Positions 20,742 to 30,815 of a stretch of 64,000 bases of DNA are shown here, piece by piece; the first letter of the stretch is position 1; each line of letters opens with the position of its first letter. A program made the translations under genes and the position numbers. The DNA comes from a virus: positions 5,489-69,488 of the IMG/VR virus record IMGVR_UViG_3300042554_001257; one strand, given 5' to 3'. The notes under the pieces were generated by a model. The model saw only the letters and a program-made list of their open reading frames with translations. It did no database searches and was not told the origin of the DNA.

Positions 20742-21083
20742 TTAGTTAAGTGTTTCTAAGATGCTTCCAATAAATTTAACATTAGTGGCACTATCAGAAC
20801 TAATCTGGATAGAGTCACCTGTTTCAAGAATTAATTTACCAAATAAAAGATTTGTAGAATCATTTGCAGGTATTGGCAAATCTTTCACAATTTCAGTAGT
20901 CACTGCAATACCAGCAACTGATCTCTTATGTGAGAATGAAACAGTATGGGTCTGACTACCAATGTTCGCCGCCTGCGCCAGTAGAATAATTCCACTATAT
21001 CCTACTGGTGCAGTATAAATTCCGACCGTATTGGTATTAACAACTCTTGTAACAGTCTGATATACGTTTAATGGTAATGGCAT
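20742..21083 (-). CDS. small beta-rich virion protein (adaptor-like family)
   Basis: IYTAPVGY...IPAND...GKLILETGD...SILE. Confidence 0.65.
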   Translation of the reverse strand: MPLPLNVYQTVTRVVNTNTVGIYTAPVGYSGIILLAQAANIGSQTHTVSFSHKRSVAGIAVTTEIVKDLPIPANDSTNLLFGKLILETGDSIQISSDSATNVKFIGSILETLN

Positions 21084-21086
21084 TTT

Positions 21087-22958
21087 TTATTCTCCTCCTA
21101 GTGCTAGAATAAATGGAGTCATTGTGGCAAACAAACTCTTGGAATAGAATGTACCAGAAATAGTTCCTGTAACTTGGTTAATTTGGACACCATCACCGAT
21201 TCGGAAGTTACCTGCCTGATCTGTGCTTGTATAAACAACGAGTCCTCCATTTCTAGCGTCTGTCTCATTTTCTTGAATCGGAACTCCACCTTGTGCAGGA
21301 AGAGCAGCGTTAATATTAGTTCCAGAACCAATGTATTCAAATGAATGACCAGAAGCAAGAACACGACTTTGCTTAAAGAATGGAACTGTTGTACCAACAC
21401 CAACAGCATAAGGAACGTTTTCATTCAATACAATGGTACAAATTCCAGCCGATATTGGTGTTGAACGAGTGATTGAATAATAAGTTGGAATTAGTTCTGC
21501 TGTCCCTGTTGCTATATTTATTCCCACATCTGGGGCGGAGAATGTGACTGTTGGAGTTGAAGTATATCCTCTACCATTGGATACCATCTCAACATTCGTT
21601 ACTGAATTTCCAGTTAATTCTACAACTCCTGTTGCAGCAACTCCCCATTCATTTACAGTACTTGGATCAGCAATCGTAACTGTTGGTGGAGTGTTGTATC
21701 CACTTCCAGGATTAGTAATATTAATTTCTTTGACTGTATAATATAAGTCTTCAAAATAAACAACCTGCCCATCAAATGGTCTTATTGTATTAATCTTAAC
21801 TGTTCCACTTCCTTGATATGTGTGGGGAAGAGTTGATGCCCCAACATAAGCAGAAAAACTATTTGCGGCACCTACCGAATCCACACTAAAAACATATCCA
21901 TAGTTGCCACTTGGATAAGTCACAATACCTGGACCAGAAGGGCAAGTAAATTGAAGTCCAGAAATTGTAACTCCCATCCCAACACTTAGGTTATGATTTG
22001 TGTTAGTCGTAACTGTCAAGATACCAGTTACATTATCATAGGATGCGGTTTGAATTCCAAGCGTTGGTACGTTCAGATCAAGAACAAATGTATCAGAATT
22101 TTCTGCGGAAGCAGTACTCACAATTCCAGTATATTGAAGTGCGCTTACACCATCAGCAACAAGAGCATAGTTACCAAATGAAGCGTTTGAGTTTGTTAAG
22201 TCACAAGCACCACCAGATCCACAGTAAACGGCAATGTCATCACAGATTGTAAATAGTGAAACCAACTGTGCATATCCACTGTTGGTGATTGAAACTCCAA
22301 TACCACCCTGATTATATTGGGTGAAGGAGTCGGTCACCATTGACTTGGTTGGACCAATAACATTTTTGCCATCAATTTTCATTCCAATACTATTTGGAAT
22401 GAAGTTAGTGCAGTTACGAATATAGGGTGACTGATCAGAATATCTAATAGTATCTGGGTCAAACGCAAAAACTGCCTTACCAGGATTCAGTGTTCCTGTA
22501 TAAGACATTTCAGTCACGTAATTACCTGGTGCTACGTGAAATAGATCTTGATTCGCATTCTGAGGAACAATAGAAACCTCTCTTAAACTATCCCCAACAA
22601 CACTGACTTGGGGTCCAAGTTTAATTGGATTATCTTCTACGTAAGTTCCAGAAGCAACTTTAACAACTGCTCCTGGAATGGTTGATGCAATCGCTACTGC
22701 TGCCTTAATAGTGAGTTTTGCATCACCAAGTTTTAATCCAGTATTAGTATCCTTTCCGTCTTTTGTAACATAAAAGATATTAGTAACGCTTACACCCGAA
22801 CCGACTCTGACGACATCTGTTCCGATACCAGGACGAGATCTTATCGTAAAAAGATCTGCATCAAATGTGTTAAGAGCTAATTCGCCTAGTTGAAGATCTG
22901 TTACGGCAGGAACCTTTCCTGGTACAGCAGATCGTTTAATTCTAAATGGAGTCGCCAT
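21087..22958 (-). CDS. tail-fibre/baseplate-associated protein with beta-helix-like domain
   Basis: N-terminal IKRSAVPGKVP...LQLGELALN fibre motif; FYVTKDGKD...GTYVEDNPI; SPYIRNCT. Confidence 0.7.
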   Translation of the reverse strand: MATPFRIKRSAVPGKVPAVTDLQLGELALNTFDADLFTIRSRPGIGTDVVRVGSGVSVTNIFYVTKDGKDTNTGLKLGDAKLTIKAAVAIASTIPGAVVKVASGTYVEDNPIKLGPQVSVVGDSLREVSIVPQNANQDLFHVAPGNYVTEMSYTGTLNPGKAVFAFDPDTIRYSDQSPYIRNCTNFIPNSIGMKIDGKNVIGPTKSMVTDSFTQYNQGGIGVSITNSGYAQLVSLFTICDDIAVYCGSGGACDLTNSNASFGNYALVADGVSALQYTGIVSTASAENSDTFVLDLNVPTLGIQTASYDNVTGILTVTTNTNHNLSVGMGVTISGLQFTCPSGPGIVTYPSGNYGYVFSVDSVGAANSFSAYVGASTLPHTYQGSGTVKINTIRPFDGQVVYFEDLYYTVKEINITNPGSGYNTPPTVTIADPSTVNEWGVAATGVVELTGNSVTNVEMVSNGRGYTSTPTVTFSAPDVGINIATGTAELIPTYYSITRSTPISAGICTIVLNENVPYAVGVGTTVPFFKQSRVLASGHSFEYIGSGTNINAALPAQGGVPIQENETDARNGGLVVYTSTDQAGNFRIGDGVQINQVTGTISGTFYSKSLFATMTPFILALGGE

Positions 22959-23017
22959 CTATTCGCATTCGGTATTTACCAGAAGAAGCAGTATATACTG
23001 CCTTTTCATATATTTAT

Positions 23018-23389
23018 TCAAGATGCGTTATTCCTTCTTGGACGATAAGCAAACAGGTTTGTCGGAGGATCTGGTTTCATCCATTCTTCTATTTTGTTAA
23101 ATCTTTCTTCACTATAAAAATATTGCTGAACATACCACAACTTCCAATGCTCATGCCCCTTTGACTGGTTACAATCATGGCAGCAGCAAACTACGTTTTT
23201 TGTAACGTCTGCCCCACCTTTTGATTGGGGAACAATGTGATCAATTGTGAGTCTCTCCTCTGACCCACAATAAGCACATTGATGTCCCCATTCTTCTTTT
23301 ATGTTTTGCCTCCACATTCGTTTCGCCTCCCCAGAACTTGTTACGTGTAAGTTAAACAAGTATTCTTTTGGAGAATGTAGAGGTCCCAT
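23018..23389 (-). CDS. HNH endonuclease
   Basis: CAYCG...TIDHIVPQSKGG...NVVCCCHDCNQSKG. Confidence 0.85.
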   Translation of the reverse strand: MGPLHSPKEYLFNLHVTSSGEAKRMWRQNIKEEWGHQCAYCGSEERLTIDHIVPQSKGGADVTKNVVCCCHDCNQSKGHEHWKLWYVQQYFYSEERFNKIEEWMKPDPPTNLFAYRPRRNNAS

Positions 23390-23408
23390 AAGTTACTGCG
23401 ACTTATGA

Positions 23409-23600
23409 TTATTTATTTTGCTTCTTCTTACAAACACTCCTTGCCCAAGCACGACTTAAACTATTCACATAAGAACAAGATTTTCCAGATTCCCCACAGT
23501 ATGGACATTTCTCATCTGGGGGATCTTTAAGATAACCCTCAGGTGTGTACATCTTTTTCTTTTTAAGATTCTCAGTTTGTTTATGCTTTCTGTGATTCAT
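23409..23600 (-). CDS. small Cys-containing hypothetical protein
   Basis: CPYCG...C...C. Confidence 0.5.
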   Translation of the reverse strand: MNHRKHKQTENLKKKKMYTPEGYLKDPPDEKCPYCGESGKSCSYVNSLSRAWARSVCKKKQNK

Positions 23601-23902
23601 ACAACCACAGGTTCTCCTTGACCTTGTGGAAGTTGAATTAGACCGACATCTTCTAGTTGTTCACGACGAGGAGCACAGCCATTTTCTTTTACATTTGAAG
23701 CAACAACATTTGAAGTTGGAAGTGCTTTTGGAATCTCAATGTCTACAACAGGACCCATTAGAAACTTATTTCTTGTAATCGTTCTATTCTGTGGATCAAA
23801 AGCAACCATTGCCAGTGCATCAATTTCGTCACCACAATCAACAATCTTCCTTCCAGTCTTGGTCTCAATGACTGAAAAATATTCTTCGTTATACTTTTTC
23901 AT
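23597..23902 (-). CDS. hypothetical protein
   Basis: Start reassigned to ATG 23902 (MKKYNEEYF). Confidence 0.5.
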   Translation of the reverse strand: MKKYNEEYFSVIETKTGRKIVDCGDEIDALAMVAFDPQNRTITRNKFLMGPVVDIEIPKALPTSNVVASNVKENGCAPRREQLEDVGLIQLPQGQGEPVVV

Positions 23903-24011
23903 TTTCTGATTTCTTTTTTTCATTATAAGACGGTTCTGGTTTTCTGTAAAGACCTGGCCAAGTATCACGAATGATCTCTGCAAGTTTGTATGGAGTTTCA
24001 GAAGTAATCAT
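23889..24011 (-). CDS. small cyanophage hypothetical protein
   Basis: MITSETPYKLAEIIRDTWPGLYR, downstream of the psbD terminator. Confidence 0.5.
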   Translation of the reverse strand: MITSETPYKLAEIIRDTWPGLYRKPEPSYNEKKKSENEKV

Positions 24012-24088
24012 AAATCTTGTGCAATAGACAATATAAACATAAGGATTCCGAACAGTTGGAATACAAGGAGGATGTAAAGAAAGTCCAT

Positions 24089-24113
24089 AAAAAAGGAGTT
24101 CTTGTGGAACTCC
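24089..24113 (-). terminator. intrinsic terminator after psbD
   Basis: GGAGTTC-CACAA-GAACTCC followed by T6. Confidence 0.75.
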
Positions 24114-24123
24114 CTTATTTATT

Positions 24124-25185
24124 TTAGAGTGCGTTGCCCCTAGGGAGAACTTCCTCTGGAAATACAAATTGTTCATGAGGTTGATCTACTGGAGCCATCC
24201 AAGCACGAAGACCTTCATTCAGAAGAATGTTCTTTGTATAGAAGGTTTCAAACTCAGGATCCTCAGCGGCACGAATCTCCTGACTTACAAAGTCGTAAGC
24301 ACGAAGATTAAGGGCAAGACCAATGATACCAATGCTGGAAGTCCAAAGACCCATGACAGGAACAAATAGCATGAAGAAATGCAACCAACGCTTGTTACTA
24401 AAAGCAATACCAAATATCTGTGACCAGAATCGGTTTGCAGTAACCATTGAATACGTTTCTTCTTCCTGTGTAGGTTCAAATGCTTTAAAAGTGTTCGCTT
24501 GTTCACTATCTTCAAATAGAGTGTTTTCTACTGTTGCACCGTGAATCGCACAGAGCAGTGCTCCTCCCAGTATACCAGCAACTCCCATCATATGAAAGGG
24601 GTTAAGAGTCCAGTTGTGGAAACCTTGTAGGAACAGCAGGAAGCGGAAGATAGCAGCAACTCCAAATGAAGGTGCAAAGAACCAACTGGATTGTCCCAGT
24701 GGATACATTAGGAACACAGAAACGAATACTGCGATAGGACCAGAAAATGCGATTGCATTATAAGGACGGATGCCGACCAGACGAGCAATCTCAAACTGGC
24801 GAAGCATAAATCCAATCAAAGCGAAAGATCCATGGAGCGCCACAAAAGGCCAGAGTCCCCCAAGTTGGCACCACCTGACGAAATCTCCCTGAGACTCAGG
24901 ACCCCAAAGTAGAAGAAGAGAATGACCCATAGCATCTGCAGGCGTCGAAACAGCTGCTGTGAGAAAATTAGCCCCTTCAAGGTAACTAGACGCCAACCCG
25001 TGAGTGTACCAGCTTGTAACAAACGTTGTACCAGTAAGCCAGCCACCAAGGGCCAAATAAGCAGTGGGAAAAAGAAGTAATCCAGACCAACCCACAAATA
25101 CAAAGCGATCTCGTTTAAGCCAGTCATCCAAGACATCAAACCATCCTCGTTGGTTAATTGGTTGTGAAAGTGTTGAAGAAGTCAT
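24124..25185 (-). CDS. psbD: photosystem II D2 protein
   Basis: [16 protein letters not shown]...[12 protein letters not shown]; GGAGG SD; TTGACT-17-TAAACT upstream. Confidence 0.99.
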   Translation of the reverse strand: MTSSTLSQPINQRGWFDVLDDWLKRDRFVFVGWSGLLLFPTAYLALGGWLTGTTFVTSWYTHGLASSYLEGANFLTAAVSTPADAMGHSLLLLWGPESQGDFVRWCQLGGLWPFVALHGSFALIGFMLRQFEIARLVGIRPYNAIAFSGPIAVFVSVFLMYPLGQSSWFFAPSFGVAAIFRFLLFLQGFHNWTLNPFHMMGVAGILGGALLCAIHGATVENTLFEDSEQANTFKAFEPTQEEETYSMVTANRFWSQIFGIAFSNKRWLHFFMLFVPVMGLWTSSIGIIGLALNLRAYDFVSQEIRAAEDPEFETFYTKNILLNEGLRAWMAPVDQPHEQFVFPEEVLPRGNAL

Positions 25186-25248
25186 AACCTCCTATGTATT
25201 TCTCATATTTAGTTTACAATACTTTACAATCGAAGTCAATGAGTGATT

Positions 25249-26037
25249 CTACTTAAAGAAATTATCAAGTGGCGCAAAAGAAGAAATTCTATTTTCTGCC
25301 ATATCAATATACTCTTGATGTATTTCAATTCCAAGATATTGACGTTTGAGATCTACACAAGAAATAGCAGTTGTTCCACTTCCCATGAAAGGATCCAAAA
25401 CTACATCACCAACATAAGAATAATACTTGATAATCTTATCACTTAGTTCTTTTGGATATGGTGCAAGATGTTTCGATGCAGTCTCTGGATTTATTTTCCA
25501 CACATTTGATCGTTCATATTCTTCTTTAACTAAGGACTGTTCCAAAATATCTCCCTCATAAGATCTCACAACTTTATCAATCAAAAAGTTTGCTGGTTTC
25601 TGAAAGATAAAGATAGTTTCACTTACAATATTTGGTTTGTAAGCAACTGGTTTACGATGTTGATAGAAACCACCATTACGATTAATAGCAGCGCCTTCGG
25701 GTTTTACCCAAACAATATCATCAATGTACTTCCATCCCATATTCTCCATTAAAGAAAAGAAATGAAATGGAATAGCGAGTCTTTTACTCTCATGTGCTCT
25801 CGATTCTCTTGCTTCAATAACAGGAGAAAGATTTACCGCACACATTCTTCCTGGTTTGGTAACTCTTAGAACCTCAACAAATACATTATCAAGAAATTGC
25901 AAATACTCTTCATAAGTTGGCCAAATAGAATATTCACGAGCATTATAATAAGGAGGAGAAGTGCAGGTTAAATGCACACTCTCACTCTCAATATCTTTTA
26001 AAACCTCAGAACAATCTCCTAGAAAAATTTTATTCAT
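25249..26037 (-). CDS. beta-class amino DNA methyltransferase (N4C/N6A)
   Basis: Motif IV TSPPY near the N-terminus, motif I DPFMGSGTT near the C-terminus. Confidence 0.9.
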   Translation of the reverse strand: MNKIFLGDCSEVLKDIESESVHLTCTSPPYYNAREYSIWPTYEEYLQFLDNVFVEVLRVTKPGRMCAVNLSPVIEARESRAHESKRLAIPFHFFSLMENMGWKYIDDIVWVKPEGAAINRNGGFYQHRKPVAYKPNIVSETIFIFQKPANFLIDKVVRSYEGDILEQSLVKEEYERSNVWKINPETASKHLAPYPKELSDKIIKYYSYVGDVVLDPFMGSGTTAISCVDLKRQYLGIEIHQEYIDMAENRISSFAPLDNFFK

Positions 26038-26465
26038 CCGATATTACGAGCAGAAGATTTATTAGAGTTGCAGTCACCATTTTCAATTGACTTTTTACCA
26101 TGACATAACTTACAAAAAGTCTTCACGTTACCTGGAATATTATTATAATGGTTTCCATCAAGATGGTCAAGGTCAAGAGAATTTTGAAATCCAATCCATC
26201 CGTCACGGGGAACTGGACACTTGAACCCAAGTTGACTATCAAAATTTTCACAAAAAGTTTTTTTGTGAATGGTTACACCAGGAATTGTTTTTCCTTTCTT
26301 ACGAGCATTTGTGCATCGTGAACATTCTGATTTAAAGGACCAATATTTCCACTCACGAACTAAAACTTTTTTATCACACCCATCATTTACACAAATTGGA
26401 TGTTGATTTCCCTCAGAAAGAAACTTTGCTTCCATTTGTTTAGAAAGTTCAGAGCGGGGTGCCAT
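26034..26465 (-). CDS. HNH-family nuclease with Cys clusters
   Basis: Start reassigned to ATG 26465; LDLDHLDGNHYNN...NVKTFCKLCH; ATGA overlap with the MTase. Confidence 0.75.
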   Translation of the reverse strand: MAPRSELSKQMEAKFLSEGNQHPICVNDGCDKKVLVREWKYWSFKSECSRCTNARKKGKTIPGVTIHKKTFCENFDSQLGFKCPVPRDGWIGFQNSLDLDHLDGNHYNNIPGNVKTFCKLCHGKKSIENGDCNSNKSSARNIG

Positions 26466-26497
26466 TTGATTTGTTTGAACTGAAGTTATTATAATAC

Positions 26498-26520
26498 AAA
26501 AAAAGACCCCTTGCGGGGTC
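26498..26520 (-). terminator. intrinsic terminator after psbA, followed by a TATAAT -10
   Basis: GACCCC-GCAA-GGGGTC + T7, then GTATTATAAT. Confidence 0.85.
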
Positions 26521-26545
26521 CTTGTGACAGTTATTAAATTGTCTA

Positions 26546-27628
26546 TCAACCGATGGTTGGAGCAGTCAAGGCAATAGGTGTATTCTCAACAGCAGCCAAA
26601 TCCAGAGGGAAGTTGTGTGCGTTCCTCTCGTGCATTACTTCCATCCCAAGACCAGCACGGTTCAGAACATCTGCCCAAGTATTGAGCACACGACCCTGAG
26701 AGTCAATGATGGACTGGTTGAAATTGAATCCGTTGAGGTTGAATGCCATCGTGGAAACACCAAGAGCGGTGAACCAGATGCCTACGACAGGCCAAGCAGC
26801 GAGGAAGAAGTGCAGCGAACGGGAGTTATTGAAGGAAGCATATTGGAAGATAAGGCGACCAAAATAACCGTGGGCAGCAACGATGTTATAAGTCTCTTCT
26901 TCTTGACCGAACTTGTAACCATAGTTCTGTGACTCTTGCTCAGTGGTTTCACGAACCAGTGAGGAAGTAACCAGAGAACCGTGCATAGCACTGAACAGAG
27001 AACCACCGAAGACACCAGCAACTCCAAGCATATGGAAGGGGTGCATCAGGATGTTGTGCTCAGCCTGGAACACCAGCATGTAGTTGAAAGTACCAGAAAT
27101 ACCAAGAGGCATTGCATCAGAGAAAGAACCTTGACCGAAAGGATAGACCAGGAATACTGCGGATGCAGCAGCAACAGGTGCAGAGTATGCAACACAGATC
27201 CAAGGACGCATACCAAGACGGTAAGAAAGTTCCCACTCACGACCCATATAGGCGTAGATACCAATCAGGAAGTGGAACACAACCAGTTGGAAAGGTCCAC
27301 CGTTGTAAAGCCACTCATCTAGGGAAGCAGCTTCCCAGATAGGATAAAAGTGCAGTCCAATAGCATTGGACGAAGGAATCACAGCACCAGAGATGATGTT
27401 GTTTCCGTACATGAGTGAACCAGCAACGGGTTCACGGATACCGTCGATGTCCACTGGGGGAGCACCGATAAATGCGATGATGAAACACGTTGTTGCGGCA
27501 AGCAAGCAAGGGATCATCAGGACTCCAAACCAACCGACATAAAGACGATTATCGGTTGAAGTAACCCAGTTGCAGAACTGTTCCCAAGTATTCGATTGTT
27601 GTTGACGTGAAGCAATTGAAGCAGTCAT
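26546..27628 (-). CDS. psbA: photosystem II D1 protein (intronless, with C-terminal extension)
   Basis: [14 protein letters not shown]...[12 protein letters not shown]. Confidence 0.99.
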   Translation of the reverse strand: MTASIASRQQQSNTWEQFCNWVTSTDNRLYVGWFGVLMIPCLLAATTCFIIAFIGAPPVDIDGIREPVAGSLMYGNNIISGAVIPSSNAIGLHFYPIWEAASLDEWLYNGGPFQLVVFHFLIGIYAYMGREWELSYRLGMRPWICVAYSAPVAAASAVFLVYPFGQGSFSDAMPLGISGTFNYMLVFQAEHNILMHPFHMLGVAGVFGGSLFSAMHGSLVTSSLVRETTEQESQNYGYKFGQEEETYNIVAAHGYFGRLIFQYASFNNSRSLHFFLAAWPVVGIWFTALGVSTMAFNLNGFNFNQSIIDSQGRVLNTWADVLNRAGLGMEVMHERNAHNFPLDLAAVENTPIALTAPTIG

Positions 27629-27639
27629 TTTTTTAAAAG

Positions 27640-27746
27640 AGTAGTAAGACCATCAGGGAAATGGTGGTGATACTATTCCCCAGTCACCCTCAGACTGGGT
27701 ATGAGAGACGTAATTTATACACCCATAGGTCTCGGTTAACGGGTGT
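27640..27746 (-). ncRNA. PhotoRC-II-like structured RNA in the psbA 5' UTR
   Basis: ACACCC/GGGTGT stem with loop GAGAC pairing downstream GTCTC; CCCAGTC/GACTGGG and ACCAT/ATGGT hairpins; the family is known upstream of cyanophage psbA. Confidence 0.7.
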
Positions 27747-27820
27747 TCGCAATGTTAAGAATTGTTAGAGATCCGTAACATTTGTTTACCTATTTATCAT
27801 AGCACCGTCTGCTTCTGGTG

Positions 27821-28249
27821 TCAAGGGTTCATTCCAGTTTTTTTTAACTCTTTATTAAGTTGATTTAATTTTTCATCAATAAGTGATTTTTTTCTCTCTG
27901 GTTTTTTAAACAACTTTTTCACTAGATTTTTTCTTTTCGCATACTTCTTCTTTTCTATTTCAGCATTTTCATTTACAAAATCTTTTGATACTAGTTGTTT
28001 ATAACTCAACACACCTGCTGGACTCTTAAAAGTTTTTGGATCAGTAAGTTCAATATTCTTTTTAATTGATTTTTGAAGACGTTTAAACAGTTTTATATTC
28101 TCCGGAAAATGAGTGTCAATATATTCTTTTGATAATTCTAATCGATGGTTAAGTAATACATTTCTATCAAATTCAAATAGTTCCTCTATATCTTCTAATG
28201 TTATATTTTCTAATGTAATTACTTTACCCCTATGAATTATTTTCTCCAT
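27821..28249 (-). CDS. Lys-rich hypothetical protein
   Basis: 142-aa ORF. Confidence 0.5.
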   Translation of the reverse strand: MEKIIHRGKVITLENITLEDIEELFEFDRNVLLNHRLELSKEYIDTHFPENIKLFKRLQKSIKKNIELTDPKTFKSPAGVLSYKQLVSKDFVNENAEIEKKKYAKRKNLVKKLFKKPERKKSLIDEKLNQLNKELKKTGMNP

Positions 28250-29256
28250 TATACTCCTCCCAATAAACTTGGTATAAGATTATTCAATATTTTCTGATTT
28301 TTTTCTCCGGGTAAACCTTGATACAATTGCTTTATTGCATTATCTCTGGTAGATCCAGGTGGACTTTTTCTAACAATATCTATGAGTGCTTCAGTTTGAA
28401 GTGGAGTTAAACCAGCAATATATCCGTAAGGTTGTGCTGGTCCTGGATAATAATTTGGATCACCAAGATTATACCTATCTAAAACAATCGGTTTAGGAGG
28501 TATGGCAGGAACCTCCGGAACTTCAGGAGATCCTGGATCAGTCATAAAACGATTTGGTAAAGCAACACCACTTGCATCTGTTGGAATGTATAATGTATAT
28601 GAGTACAAAGCATAGTCTGCTTTCGGAGTTGTAAAAGCAGTCAAATTAGAAGGATAATATTGTGATGCTCCCTTACAATCACCAAAAAGACAATCTAATG
28701 AACCCCAAAGATAAATTACTTTTTGCGTGTAATGTTCAAAGATAGTTCCTGGTTTACCAAGATCATAATAAGCTTGTTGATAAGCACGTCCTAAATCAGT
28801 TGAAGCATTTGCATAAACACCAACAGAAGCAACAGAAGTAAATCCACCAGAACTCAAATATCCCACATAATATGTGGATAACCACCCATCACGCACTCCA
28901 AATGCAAGTGGTGTTACTCCATTAGGATATGTCCCATCTATTTGTCTTATTGCTGCTACTTGTTCTCCATTATAAGTAGTGTATAAGTTGGAAGGTATAT
29001 TGACTGGAGCATTTGGATTACTTCCATCTCCCTGATTTCCCCATACAAAATCATTTGTATTAGAAAGTCCTCCAGTTACATTTTCATAAGTTGGCGGAAC
29101 TGCAGGAATTCCTGGAACTGCTGGAACACCACTGTCAAGACCAGTTGTAAAATAAAAACCAGAAGAAGTCATTCTCTCATTCAGAAGACTAATCTTGTGA
29201 TCTATTTCTTCCGATTTGAGATGATTTAATATTTTGGTATATTTATTTTTTCCCAC
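28249..29256 (-). CDS. late, probably structural, protein
   Basis: Pro-rich PAVP/PEVP segments flanking a central domain; ATAAATA upstream. Confidence 0.5.
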   Translation of the reverse strand: MGKNKYTKILNHLKSEEIDHKISLLNERMTSSGFYFTTGLDSGVPAVPGIPAVPPTYENVTGGLSNTNDFVWGNQGDGSNPNAPVNIPSNLYTTYNGEQVAAIRQIDGTYPNGVTPLAFGVRDGWLSTYYVGYLSSGGFTSVASVGVYANASTDLGRAYQQAYYDLGKPGTIFEHYTQKVIYLWGSLDCLFGDCKGASQYYPSNLTAFTTPKADYALYSYTLYIPTDASGVALPNRFMTDPGSPEVPEVPAIPPKPIVLDRYNLGDPNYYPGPAQPYGYIAGLTPLQTEALIDIVRKSPPGSTRDNAIKQLYQGLPGEKNQKILNNLIPSLLGGV

Positions 29257-29283
29257 TACAAAAATTCAGGTTTAAAATATTTA

Positions 29284-29448
29284 TTATACCCTATATTCTT
29301 CTATCTTATCCAATACCTTATTCAGATAATGATGTGCCAACCACTTTGGGTCATATCCAGACTTATTCATCCACTCTTTATCCAAGTCTGCTTTTAATTT
29401 AATAACTTCACACTTGATAATATCCTTAGTCAATTGTCCTCTTGGCAT
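29284..29448 (-). CDS. 54-aa hypothetical protein
   Basis: Not in ORF track; MPRGQLTKD...KWLAHHYLNKVLDKIEEYRV. Confidence 0.55.
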   Translation of the reverse strand: MPRGQLTKDIIKCEVIKLKADLDKEWMNKSGYDPKWLAHHYLNKVLDKIEEYRV

Positions 29449-29506
29449 ATACAAAAAAACTCTGCTGCCTATTTAGCAACAGAGTTGAATAGTATTAAGT
29501 GTTATA

Positions 29507-30034
29507 TCAGGCAGTAGCACCAACCTTCACATTTGCCGAAACATACTCTAGTACATTTTCTGGTGTCGATACTTCATATGGATCAGTGTCCGCATTGTCA
29601 CGCTTACCGTTTTCCACGAATAGTTTCTCGATGACTCCGTTATCCACGACCGCAGCATAACGCCAAGAGCGATCCCCGAAACCTAGGTTAGACTTGTTGA
29701 CAAGCATTCCCATAGAACGTGTGAAGTAAGCATTGCCATCTGGAATGAGTTTGACTTTCTCAATGTTCTGGTCTTGTGCCCAAGCATTCATCACAAACCC
29801 ATCATTAACAGAGATGCAGTAAATATCGTCGATGCCAAGACCAATAAAGTCGTCGTATTTCTCTTCGAATCCAGGAAGCTGATAGGCACTGCAAGTAGGA
29901 GTGAAAGCACCAGGCAGGCTAAAAATGACCACACGCTTTCCATTGAAGAGTTCAGAAGATGTACGAGTTACAAATTCGCCAGATTCACGAAATTGGAATT
30001 GAACTTCGGGAATAACATAACCTTCAGTACGCAT
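29507..30034 (-). CDS. type II (Prx5-like) peroxiredoxin
   Basis: FSLPGAFTPTCS...SVNDGFVMNAW...RSWRYA; ATG 30034 with GGAGG SD. Confidence 0.9.
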   Translation of the reverse strand: MRTEGYVIPEVQFQFRESGEFVTRTSSELFNGKRVVIFSLPGAFTPTCSAYQLPGFEEKYDDFIGLGIDDIYCISVNDGFVMNAWAQDQNIEKVKLIPDGNAYFTRSMGMLVNKSNLGFGDRSWRYAAVVDNGVIEKLFVENGKRDNADTDPYEVSTPENVLEYVSANVKVGATA

Positions 30035-30045
30035 ATTAACCTCCA

Positions 30046-30165
30046 TCAGAATACACCAGGAATAATTTGTCCAGTGACAAGATAAGAACCAGCGGCGGCA
30101 ACGAATCCAATCATTGCAGCCCAACCATTAATACGTTCTGCCTTTTCAGTAAAAATTTTGTTCAT
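30046..30165 (-). CDS. hli: high-light-inducible protein
   Basis: Not in ORF track; [21 protein letters not shown]...TGQIIPGVF. Confidence 0.92.
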   Translation of the reverse strand: MNKIFTEKAERINGWAAMIGFVAAAGSYLVTGQIIPGVF

Positions 30166-30440
30166 TGTTTTTCTCCTTTATAAGGGTGTTGTTGTTTAAG
30201 TTCTGGATTGGGTTGGGAGAAAACCATAGGACTTCTTGTTTTATTTTTGATTACGATAAAAGCATCGTTCTGATAGGATACGGTTCCAAATGGTTTTGCC
30301 CACTTTACATTTGCATCTGGGTGAGTTGCAGTTCCAGTTACTGCTACACCACCAATTTCAACCACAATTTCATCTTCTCCAGTCCATTTAAGTTCTTGAA
30401 GGGCAATAGAAAGTTGTCCCAACCAGTCAGAACTTCTCAC
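30162..30440 (-). CDS. hypothetical protein
   Basis: GTG start overlapping the petF stop; KWAKPFG...DAFIVIKN. Confidence 0.5.
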   Translation of the reverse strand: MRSSDWLGQLSIALQELKWTGEDEIVVEIGGVAVTGTATHPDANVKWAKPFGTVSYQNDAFIVIKNKTRSPMVFSQPNPELKQQHPYKGEKQ

Positions 30441-30727
30441 AGGTTTTCTTCCTGTTCGGTCAGAATCACACAATCAGACTTGGGATAAGCAACACAGAGA
30501 AGTGCAAACCCTTCTGCCATCTGGTCATCATCAAGGAAAGATTGTTCTTCATTATCAATCTCACCAGAGACAACTTTACCAGCACAGGAGGAACAAGCAC
30601 CTGCCTTACAAGAATAAGGAAGGTCAATACCTGCCTCTTCTGCTGCTTCAAGAATATATTGATCTTCGGCACACTGGATAGTGGTTTCGGTGCCGTCAGG
30701 GGTTTGAAGTGTAACGTTGAATGTCAT
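30437..30727 (-). CDS. petF: plant-type [2Fe-2S] ferredoxin
   Basis: [16 protein letters not shown]...LLCVAYP. Confidence 0.95.
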   Translation of the reverse strand: MTFNVTLQTPDGTETTIQCAEDQYILEAAEEAGIDLPYSCKAGACSSCAGKVVSGEIDNEEQSFLDDDQMAEGFALLCVAYPKSDCVILTEQEENL

Positions 30728-30728
30728 T

Positions 30729-30815
30729 TCAATAAGTTTCCGCAACTTTCTCTACAGCATAGCACAGGAGCACAAAAAAGGCAACTGATGTGACAGTGAA
30801 AATTGTTTCAGTCAT
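30729..30815 (-). CDS. 28-aa single-TM peptide
   Basis: Not in ORF track; [28 protein letters not shown]; start overlaps the hli stop. Confidence 0.5.
   Translation of the reverse strand: MTETIFTVTSVAFFVLLCYAVEKVAETY

Noticed and set aside
261-21741. Many short Pro-rich plus-strand ORFs (e.g. 261, 3329, 14996, 18500)
   Set aside because: Reverse complements of GGT/GGA Gly codons in minus-strand fibre genes.
24124-27628. Group I intron in psbA or psbD
   Set aside because: Both ORFs are uninterrupted and of normal length.
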